In this document: positions 24,478-31,962 of the stretch, piece by piece | Layout of the letters: each line of letters begins with the position of its first letter | Numbering within the stretch: position 1 is the first letter of the stretch | Assembly: GCA_051881735.1 (NCBI GenBank) | Contig: JBJEQL010000352.1 | Coordinates: 1 to 31,962, forward strand | Reading direction: 5' to 3' | Source: Oscillospiraceae bacterium | GTDB lineage: Bacteria > Bacillota > Clostridia > Oscillospirales > Ruminococcaceae | DNA length: 31,962 bases | Notes under the pieces: generated by a model | The model's input: the letters and a program-made list of their open reading frames with translations, nothing else | Databases searched by the model: none | Told to the model about the DNA's origin: nothing | Made by a program: the position numbers and the translations under genes

Positions 24478-24825
24478 TCAGTTATATTCGCTTATTTCAA
24501 ACCCACCGCTGTTTATGATGATCCCCGAAACTTTTTTTCTGTCTTCCTTGCGGCAGATCACTTCAAGAGTAACTTTATTCTGGAGATAGCTTTCACTTAT
24601 GTCATTTTGATTATTTGCCGTATAGGGGATAGGATATGTGTACATATTAGGGCCTATTGAGGGGTTGCCATTGCCAAAAGCAGCTGTCAATCCACCGAAG
24701 GACATTGACGTTTGGTTATGCTTTTGAAGTACCTTGATATCCGAGAACGGCGATACTGTTCTGCGAATGTTTGCTGCGGCAAGATCTGCCGAGTTTACAG
24801 AGTCAAATTCAGCTGTGATTTTCAT
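24478..24825 (-). CDS. Hypothetical protein (115 aa)
   Basis: RBS AAAGGAAG; alternating strand/helix termini (ITAEFDSVNSADLAA...; VTLEVIC...IINSGG) around a low-complexity centre. Confidence 0.7.
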   Translation of the reverse strand: MKITAEFDSVNSADLAAANIRRTVSPFSDIKVLQKHNQTSMSFGGLTAAFGNGNPSIGPNMYTYPIPYTANNQNDISESYLQNKVTLEVICRKEDRKKVSGIIINSGGFEISEYN

Positions 24826-24968
24826 AAATTTTACTTCCTTTCATTTTTTCAGAAAAACCTTTATAAACCTTATTATATCTGCAATAATAAAAATAATTAC
24901 GGAAATTTTTGATTTCCTCATGACATGATCAGCGTCTACATAATTTTATAGAATAGGAGAAGCATAAA

Positions 24969-25160
24969 ATGGATATTCGTCCGAATGATGTTTTGACAAT
25001 GAAAAAAACGCATCCGTGCGGCAGCAATAAAATGCTGGTTCTTCGTGCAGGAATGGACTTTAAGCTGCGCTGTGAGGGCTGCGGACGTGAATTTATGACT
25101 CCAAGGAATAAGATTGAAAAAAACATAAAGCATGTTGCTCGTGAGGAAGACAACACCTGA
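24969..25160 (+). CDS. DUF951 family small protein
   Basis: MKKTHPCGS...RAGMDFKLRCEGCGR signature; RBS AGGAG. Confidence 0.85.
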   Translation: MDIRPNDVLTMKKTHPCGSNKMLVLRAGMDFKLRCEGCGREFMTPRNKIEKNIKHVAREEDNT

Positions 25161-25184
25161 TTTTTATCTTAAAGGAGATAATCT

Positions 25185-26258
25185 ATGCTTGAAAAGCTTA
25201 AATTAACCGAGGAAAAATATAACGATATTTCCGAAAAGCTGATGAATCCGGATATAATAAATGATACAAAGGCCTATGCGTCATATATGAAGGAGTATAA
25301 AAGCCTTACTCCTATTGTTGAGAAATACAGAGAATACTGTAAAATACTTTCAGAAAAAAATGACGCTGAGGAGCTCCTTTCCGATAGATCAATTGATGAA
25401 GAAATGAAAGAACTTGCTGAAGCTGAGTTTGAAGATGCAAAAAGCAAGCTTGAAGAGATTTCTGAAGAGCTCAAAATAATGCTTCTGCCCAAAGACCCGA
25501 ATGACGATAAAAACGTTATTATCGAGATTCGAGGCGGCGCAGGCGGCGAGGAAGCAGCGCTTTTTGCAAATTCACTTTATAGAATGTATACAATGTATGC
25601 CGAAAGCAAACGCTGGAAAATCGAAGTCCTTAACATAAACGGAACTGAGCTTGGCGGAATAAAGGAGATAAGCTTTAACGTTATTGGTGAGGGAGCATAC
25701 TCCCGTCTTAAATATGAAAGCGGAGTTCATCGTGTTCAGCGTGTTCCCGAAACCGAATCGCAGGGCAGAGTTCATACCTCAACTGTTACAGTTGCCGTCC
25801 TTGTAGAGGCAGATGAGGTCGAGCTTGAAATCAACCCGACTGACCTTAAAATTGATGTTTTCCGTGCGTCAGGTGCAGGCGGACAGCATATTAACAAGAC
25901 TGAATCTGCTGTAAGAATCACGCATCTTCCGACAGGCGTTGTTGTTGAGTGTCAGGACGAGCGAAGCCAGTATAAGAATAAAGACAGAGCAATGAAAATT
26001 CTTCGTTCAAGACTTTATGAAGCTATGCTTGAAGAGCAGAATGAGAAGATCGCTTCGGAGCGCCGTTCGCAGGTCGGAACAGGAAACCGCTCCGAACGTA
26101 TACGCACTTATAACTTCCCCGAAAGCAGACTTACTGATCATAGAATAGGTTTGACAATATACCGCCTTGAAAGTATCCTTAATGGTAATCTTGATGAGGT
26201 GATAGATGCTCTCGCAACAGCAGATGCGGCTGCAAAGCTTTCTGCAAGAGATGAATAA
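25185..26258 (+). CDS. prfA: Peptide chain release factor 1
   Basis: [29 protein letters not shown] (PxT motif), GAGGQH, IRTYNFP. Confidence 0.96.
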   Translation: MLEKLKLTEEKYNDISEKLMNPDIINDTKAYASYMKEYKSLTPIVEKYREYCKILSEKNDAEELLSDRSIDEEMKELAEAEFEDAKSKLEEISEELKIMLLPKDPNDDKNVIIEIRGGAGGEEAALFANSLYRMYTMYAESKRWKIEVLNINGTELGGIKEISFNVIGEGAYSRLKYESGVHRVQRVPETESQGRVHTSTVTVAVLVEADEVELEINPTDLKIDVFRASGAGGQHINKTESAVRITHLPTGVVVECQDERSQYKNKDRAMKILRSRLYEAMLEEQNEKIASERRSQVGTGNRSERIRTYNFPESRLTDHRIGLTIYRLESILNGNLDEVIDALATADAAAKLSARDE

Positions 26259-26276
26259 ATAAGGAGCAACACAAAA

Positions 26277-27290
26277 ATGTTTAAAACAAAGCTTCTGTCG
26301 TCGGAACTTTTCGATGTTGAATATGCCGCTGAGCTTATAAAAAAAGGCGAGGTTGTTGGTATGCCTACGGAAACAGTTTACGGACTTGCCGCCGATGCCG
26401 AAAACGAGCAGGCGGTGAAGAAAATATTTGCGGCAAAGGGAAGACCGTCCGATAATCCGCTTATCGTACATCTTTCATCGGTTGAATCTATGGATAAATA
26501 TGTCTGCAATGTTCCCGACCTTGCGTATAAAATTGCGGAAAAATTCTGCCCCGGGCCAATCACAATGGTTCTTCCAAAGCGCAGCACGATACCTTATACA
26601 ACAAGCGGCGGACTTGAAACTGTCGGTATACGTATACCGTTTCATAAAACCGCACGCCTTCTCATAGAATTAAGCGGAAAAGCAATTGCAGCACCGTCAG
26701 CAAATCTTTCGGGAAGTCCGAGTCCAACGACTGCGCAGCACGTTATGAACGATATGAAAGGCAGAATTCCGGCGATAATTGACGGCGGAGCCTGCGGTGT
26801 AGGTGTCGAAAGTACGGTTATTTCTTTTGAAAACGGCGGAATAAGACTGCTTCGTCCCGGATATGTTTCCGCAGAGGATCTGAGCGGTTTCGGTGTTCCT
26901 GTTTTAACCGACAAGGGAATTATCGAACCTGTTTCGGAAGGAGAAAAGGTCCTTTCTCCCGGAATGAAATATAAGCATTATTCACCTAAAGCTAACGTAA
27001 CGATTGTTTGCGGTGAATATGACGCATTCGTGAATTTTGTAAAACAGCATAACAGAAGCGGAGTCTGCGCAATGATCTTTGACAGCGATAAGCCTTGCAG
27101 CGATATTCAGACCATGACATACGGTGATACATCGGAAGAACAGGCTGCACAGCTTTTTGCCGCACTTCGCAGAGCGGACGAGCTTGGACTTTCACAGCTT
27201 TATGTCCGCTGTCCGTCCAGAACAGGTGTAGGACTTGCTGTTTATAACCGACTTTTAAGGGCGGCTGGATTTGAGGTGATAAACGTATGA
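26277..27290 (+). CDS. sua5: Threonylcarbamoyl-AMP synthase, Sua5 type
   Basis: PTETVYGLAAD, KGRPSDNPLIVH, APSANLSG, SPGMKYKHYSP linker and C-terminal SUA5 domain. Confidence 0.93.
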   Translation: MFKTKLLSSELFDVEYAAELIKKGEVVGMPTETVYGLAADAENEQAVKKIFAAKGRPSDNPLIVHLSSVESMDKYVCNVPDLAYKIAEKFCPGPITMVLPKRSTIPYTTSGGLETVGIRIPFHKTARLLIELSGKAIAAPSANLSGSPSPTTAQHVMNDMKGRIPAIIDGGACGVGVESTVISFENGGIRLLRPGYVSAEDLSGFGVPVLTDKGIIEPVSEGEKVLSPGMKYKHYSPKANVTIVCGEYDAFVNFVKQHNRSGVCAMIFDSDKPCSDIQTMTYGDTSEEQAAQLFAALRRADELGLSQLYVRCPSRTGVGLAVYNRLLRAAGFEVINV

Positions 27291-27913
27291 GTAAAAATTC
27301 CGGTATTTTTGTGGTTGGTCTTACCGGTCAGAGCGGCGCAGGAAAAACGACTGTTTGCGATGTTTTTGCCCAAAAAGGTTTTGAGATCATAAATGCCGAT
27401 AAAATTGCTCGTGAGGTAATGCAGAAAGGAAAACCTTGCCTTAAAGAGATCGAAGAATGCTTCGGAAGCGAAGTGATCACCGAAAGCGGTGAACTTGACC
27501 GGAAAGCTCTTGCGTCGATCGTTTTCACCAATAAGGAAAAGCTAAAGCAGCTTAACGCTATTTCGTATCCATACATAATTTTTGAAATTTTACAGAAAAT
27601 AAAAGAATATTCCCAGGATCAGAAAAAATATGTCCTGCTTGATGCTCCGACGCTTTTTGAAAGCAGGGCAGATGACTTCTGTGATCTGATCATAAGCGTT
27701 ACCGCCCCCGAAACAACAAGGATAAACAGGATCGCCAAGCGTGACAATCTTCCTGCGGAACGAATAAAGGAACGCTTTTCATCGCAGCATACAGAGCGCT
27801 TTTTCATCAATCATTCCGATTTTATTTTAAAGAATAATAAGTCAGTTGATGTTCTGCTTGAAAAGGCGAACGAGGTTGCAGACAAGGTTAAGGAGTATTG
27901 CAATAATGCGTAA
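27287..27913 (+). CDS. coaE: Dephospho-CoA kinase
   Basis: VGLTGQSGAGKTT, INADKIAR, LDRKALASIVF, LDAPTLFES. Confidence 0.92.
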   Translation: MSKNSGIFVVGLTGQSGAGKTTVCDVFAQKGFEIINADKIAREVMQKGKPCLKEIEECFGSEVITESGELDRKALASIVFTNKEKLKQLNAISYPYIIFEILQKIKEYSQDQKKYVLLDAPTLFESRADDFCDLIISVTAPETTRINRIAKRDNLPAERIKERFSSQHTERFFINHSDFILKNNKSVDVLLEKANEVADKVKEYCNNA

Positions 27914-28466
27914 AAAGCTTGCGTTAGTGCTTGTGATGCTGCTTGTTGCTGCAGGTGTCTTTGTTGGGATAAACGCCGATGCAATTTGCAGAAAATATAT
28001 CTATCCTTTGAAATTTCAGTCTTACGTTGAGAAATATTCAGCTGAATACGGTGTTGACAAATATCTTGTTTATGCCGTGATAAAAACCGAAAGCGGATTT
28101 AAGACGGATGCTGTTTCCGATGTAGGAGCAAGAGGGCTCATGCAGCTTATGGAGGATGCATTCGACTGGGTACAATACCGAATGGGCGATGAGAGCACAA
28201 TAACCTATGATGATATGTTCGATGCAGAGTATAATATTAAGTGCGGAACATATCTTCTCTCTCTTTTATACAGCGAATATCAGGACGAGGAAACCGCTCT
28301 TGCCGCATATTTTTCAGGCAGGGGAAAGGTCAACTCGTGGCTTTCTGACAGCGAGTACAGTTCAGACGGAAAAACGCTTGATAAGATACCGTCATCTTCA
28401 TCAAATCACTATGTTCATAAGGTTATGACTGCCTACCGTAGTTATACTAACTTATATGAAAAATAA
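27906..28466 (+). CDS. Membrane-anchored lytic transglycosylase, SLT domain (186 aa; start moved to 27906)
   Basis: AAGGAG RBS before ATG 27906, N-terminal TM, AVIKTESGF (catalytic Glu), GARGLMQL, LAAYFSG. Confidence 0.88.
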   Translation: MRKKLALVLVMLLVAAGVFVGINADAICRKYIYPLKFQSYVEKYSAEYGVDKYLVYAVIKTESGFKTDAVSDVGARGLMQLMEDAFDWVQYRMGDESTITYDDMFDAEYNIKCGTYLLSLLYSEYQDEETALAAYFSGRGKVNSWLSDSEYSSDGKTLDKIPSSSSNHYVHKVMTAYRSYTNLYEK

Positions 28467-28485
28467 AACGAAAGGACGATGTTTT

Positions 28486-29889
28486 ATGTCAAAAGAAAAA
28501 TCGCAGGGTCAGCTTCTTAAAGAAAAACTCTGTATATCCAAAAAACACGCAGGATTAAGGCTTACAGCTGATGAGATCAAAACCTGCTTCGATTTCTGCG
28601 AGGATTATAAAGCGTTCCTTAACGATGCGAAAATCGAAAGGGAAGCTGTTACCAAAACCATTACCCTTGCTGAAAAATGCGGATTTAAGGAATTCACAAA
28701 CGGAATGAGCCTTAAAGAGGGTGACAAAATATATTATAACAACAGGGGAAAAGCAATAATTCTTGCTGTAATAGGCAGTGAGCCAATTGAAAATGGTACT
28801 CATCTTGCTGCAGCGCATATTGACTCTCCACGCCTTGACCTTAAACAGCTGCCGCTTTATGAGGACAGCGAAACTGCTCTTTTCAAAACCCATTACTACG
28901 GCGGTATCAAAAAGTATCAGTGGGCAACGATCCCTCTTGCGCTTCACGGCGTGATAATCAAGAAGGACGGCACAAAGGTCACCGTAAATATCGGCGAAGA
29001 CGAGTCCGACCCGGTTTTCTGCGTTACCGATCTTCTTCCGCACCTTGCAAATGATCAGATGAAGCGTACTCCCGGTGAACTCATCAAGGGCGAGGAGCTT
29101 AATATCCTTATCGGTTCAATGCCGTTCAAGGATGATGATGTAAGCGAAAAGGTTAAGCTCAATATAATCTCTATTCTTAACGAAAAATACGGTATTATCG
29201 AGGAAGATTTCCTCTCCGCAGAGCTTGAAGCCGTTCCTGCATTCAAGGCTAAGGACGTTGGATTTGACAGAAGCATGGTCGGTGCTTACGGACATGACGA
29301 TAAGGTCTGCGCTTATACAGCTTTAAAGGCTATCCTTGACTGCAGCAGCGTTAAGAAAACTTCCGTCGTTGTCCTCACAGATAAGGAAGAAACCGGAAGC
29401 GACGGAAACACAGGACTCTGCTCCGATTATCTTGAACACTTTTTCTATAACCTTGCTGACTGCTTCGGTGCAAACGGCAGAACAGTCATCGCTAATACAG
29501 AGTGCCTTTCCGCTGATGTAAATGCAGCATTTGATCCGACTTTCCCCGATGTTATGGATAAGAGAAACTGCGCATTTATGAACTACGGCGTATGTGTTAC
29601 AAAGTTCACCGGCGCAAGAGGTAAATCCGGTACATCGGACGCTTCCGCAGAGTTTGTTGCAAGAGTACGTACTCTCCTTGATAAGAATAACGTTATCTGG
29701 CAGACAGGAGAACTTGGAAAGGTTGACGGCGGCGGCGGCGGAACTGTTGCAGCATATCTTGCAAATATGAACATGGATGTTATCGATGTAGGTGTTCCTG
29801 TTATTTCCATGCACGCTCCTTTTGAAGTTGTTGCTAAGACTGATGTTTATATGACATACAAATCTTTCTATGTTTTCTTTAATGAATAA
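28486..29889 (+). CDS. M18 family aminopeptidase (467 aa; start moved to 28486)
   Basis: AHIDSPRLDLK, HYYGGIKKYQW, GHDDK, DKEETGS, SADV, SMHAP. Confidence 0.88.
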   Translation: MSKEKSQGQLLKEKLCISKKHAGLRLTADEIKTCFDFCEDYKAFLNDAKIEREAVTKTITLAEKCGFKEFTNGMSLKEGDKIYYNNRGKAIILAVIGSEPIENGTHLAAAHIDSPRLDLKQLPLYEDSETALFKTHYYGGIKKYQWATIPLALHGVIIKKDGTKVTVNIGEDESDPVFCVTDLLPHLANDQMKRTPGELIKGEELNILIGSMPFKDDDVSEKVKLNIISILNEKYGIIEEDFLSAELEAVPAFKAKDVGFDRSMVGAYGHDDKVCAYTALKAILDCSSVKKTSVVVLTDKEETGSDGNTGLCSDYLEHFFYNLADCFGANGRTVIANTECLSADVNAAFDPTFPDVMDKRNCAFMNYGVCVTKFTGARGKSGTSDASAEFVARVRTLLDKNNVIWQTGELGKVDGGGGGTVAAYLANMNMDVIDVGVPVISMHAPFEVVAKTDVYMTYKSFYVFFNE

Positions 29890-29895
29890 GTGATT

Positions 29896-29942
29896 TAACG
29901 GCGCATTTTGCATTTTTTTTGCATTCTGCGCCGTTATTTGTT
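29896..29942 (+). terminator. Intrinsic terminator of the DUF951-prfA operon
   Basis: TAACGGCGCA / TGCGCCGTTA stem with inner TGCA/TGCA pairing, then TTTGTT. Confidence 0.6.
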
Positions 29943-30055
29943 GGAATATATTGTTTTTTTCTGTAAATTAATGAAATATCTCTTGACTTTTTCTGCAAAT
30001 AATTATAAAGTGTATATTGTATGTTATTCTGGGAGCTTTGGGGAGGTTTTAATAT

Positions 30056-31135
30056 ATGAGCGAGAATATTGTAACATTAAACGATATTGTTGTTGAATTT
30101 GACGGCGAACGTATACTTGATAAGATTAACCTTGAAATCAAGGATAAAGAGTTTGTAACGCTGTTAGGCCCGTCCGGCTGCGGTAAAACAACAACTCTGC
30201 GTATCATAGGCGGATTTTTGGACCCCGACAGCGGAGATGTTATGTTTGACGGTCAGAGAGTGAACGGAGTTCCGCCGTATAAACGCAATGTCAATACAGT
30301 TTTTCAGCGTTATGCACTTTTCCCACATTTAAATGTGTATGATAATATTGCGTTCGGACTTCGTGTTAATAAAATCCCTGAAAAAGAGATTTCCAAGCGT
30401 GTTGCAGAAATGCTGAAGCTTGTTAACCTTGTCGGTTTTGAAAAGAGAAGTATAAACCGTCTTTCCGGCGGTCAGCAGCAGCGTGTTGCAATTGCAAGAG
30501 CGCTTGTAAACCACCCGAAGGTGCTTTTGCTTGACGAACCTCTCGGTGCGCTTGATTTGAAGCTCCGTAAAGAAATGCAGATCGAGCTTAAGCGCATCCA
30601 GGAACAGCTTGAGATCACATTTATTTACGTTACACACGATCAGGAAGAAGCACTCACTATGAGCGATACTGTTGTTGTTATGAATGGCGGCAAAATTCAG
30701 CAGATCGGTTCTCCTGTTGATATATATAATGAACCTAAAAATGCGTTTGTTGCTGATTTTATCGGAGAAAGCAATATTCTCCACGGTTTGATGATAAGGG
30801 ACAAGCTTGTTGAGATTGCAGGAAGCCGGTTTGAATGTGTTGACAGCGGTTTCGGAGAGAATACCCCCGTTGATATCGTTATAAGACCGGAAGATATTAC
30901 TCTTGTTGCCCCCGATGAAGCAAAACTCGGTGGAATTGTTGAATCTGTTATTTTCAAGGGCGTTCACTATGAGATGCTTATCGAAGGGTATGACTTCCGC
31001 TGGATAGTCCACTCAACGAAAGCAGCCGAAAAAGGTGCGTCTGTCGGTATCTCCTTTACTCCCGATGATATTCATATCATGCATCGTATGAAGGATATTG
31101 AAAAAAAGGAGGATACTGTTGAAAATGAAGAATAA
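30056..31135 (+). CDS. potA: Spermidine/putrescine ABC transporter ATPase
   Basis: [42 protein letters not shown]-terminal TOBE-like region. Confidence 0.92.
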   Translation: MSENIVTLNDIVVEFDGERILDKINLEIKDKEFVTLLGPSGCGKTTTLRIIGGFLDPDSGDVMFDGQRVNGVPPYKRNVNTVFQRYALFPHLNVYDNIAFGLRVNKIPEKEISKRVAEMLKLVNLVGFEKRSINRLSGGQQQRVAIARALVNHPKVLLLDEPLGALDLKLRKEMQIELKRIQEQLEITFIYVTHDQEEALTMSDTVVVMNGGKIQQIGSPVDIYNEPKNAFVADFIGESNILHGLMIRDKLVEIAGSRFECVDSGFGENTPVDIVIRPEDITLVAPDEAKLGGIVESVIFKGVHYEMLIEGYDFRWIVHSTKAAEKGASVGISFTPDDIHIMHRMKDIEKKEDTVENEE

Positions 31136-31937
31136 GATCGCTGCTGCACCATACCTTGTATGGATGATAGTTTTTATTCTTGTTCCGCTTTTAATGGTCG
31201 CATATTTTGCTTTTACGGATAAAGACGGACATTTTACGCTCGATTATGTTTCAAATGTTGCACAGTATACACCGATTTTTATACGTTCAATTTGGCTTGC
31301 GCTCATTTCTACGGTAATATGTCTTCTTATCGCATATCCGCTTGCGTATATCCTTATAGGGATGAAAACGAATATTCAGAGTACAATGCTTATGATAGTT
31401 ATGCTGCCAATGTGGATGAACTTCCTGCTCAGAACTTACGCATGGATGACTCTGCTCGGTAATAACGGTCTGATAAATGCGTTTCTCGGACTTTTTGGCT
31501 TAGGACCGTTCAAAATGCTTAATACTGAGGGTGCAGTAGTTCTCGGAATGGTGTATAATTATCTGCCGTTTATGATCTTGCCAATTTATTCGGTAATGGT
31601 AAAGATCGATAAAAGTGTGCTTGAAGCTGCTGCCGATTTAGGCTGCAATTCAGCAAAAACAATGCTTAAAGTAGTTTTTCCGCTTAGTCTTCCCGGCGTT
31701 TTTTCAGGTATAACAATGGTTTTTGTACCTGCGATAAGTACATTTATTATCTCCAGAATGCTCGGCGGCGGCGGAAATCTTCTTATCGGTGACCTTATCG
31801 AAATGCAGTTCCTTGGCAACTCCTATAATATCAACCTTGGAGCAGCGATATCGCTTGTTCTTATGGTAATAGTTCTGCTGATAATGACGATATTGAACCA
31901 GTTCGGTGCCGATGAAGACGGCGTTATGGTAATGTAA
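31125..31937 (+). CDS. potB: Spermidine/putrescine ABC permease (ATG 31125 or in-frame TTG 31119)
   Basis: [47 protein letters not shown]; GGAGG RBS at 31108. Confidence 0.9.
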   Translation: MKNKIAAAPYLVWMIVFILVPLLMVAYFAFTDKDGHFTLDYVSNVAQYTPIFIRSIWLALISTVICLLIAYPLAYILIGMKTNIQSTMLMIVMLPMWMNFLLRTYAWMTLLGNNGLINAFLGLFGLGPFKMLNTEGAVVLGMVYNYLPFMILPIYSVMVKIDKSVLEAAADLGCNSAKTMLKVVFPLSLPGVFSGITMVFVPAISTFIISRMLGGGGNLLIGDLIEMQFLGNSYNINLGAAISLVLMVIVLLIMTILNQFGADEDGVMVM

Positions 31938-31949
31938 GGGGGAGAGAAT

Positions 31950-31962
31950 ATGAAGAAATTAT
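31950..31962 (+). CDS. 5' end of next gene, probably PotC permease (truncated by window edge)
   Basis: GGGGAG RBS and ATG AAG AAA TTA directly after potB; identity from operon context only. Confidence 0.5.

Overview
Core-chromosome segment of a spore-forming, Ruminococcus-like (Oscillospiraceae-type) clostridium; the taxonomy is inferred from gene content and sequence style. I found no transposase, integrase, phage gene, CRISPR array, tRNA or rRNA. The left part has envelope, sporulation and signalling genes: DUF421/DUF4363, a YkuI-like EAL protein, DUF368, a PDZ-less HtrA-like protease, intact pro-sigK, a SpoVB-like flippase and murD. The middle has two M42 peptidases, a GNAT, a YnbB-like PLP enzyme, gatC-gatA-gatB with an archaeal-type aspS, type III glnA, glyA and rarA. 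The right part has an S1-domain gene, DUF951, prfA, sua5, coaE, a lytic transglycosylase, an M18 aminopeptidase and potA-potB-(potC). The most interesting signals are outside the ORF track. (1) A ~250-nt twin Y-shaped fold in the DUF368 leader (2841-3095). (2) A short 6S-like structured RNA just after glnA (20511-20657). (3) An ANTAR-type hairpin overlapping a terminator in the glnA leader. (4) An uncalled 48-aa, 12-Cys membrane peptide gene divergent from sigK (6003-6149). (5) A three-way-junction element between the protease and sigK. (6) A mother-cell sigma-E-like promoter on the S1-domain gene. All RNA folds were paired by eye and no database was searched.
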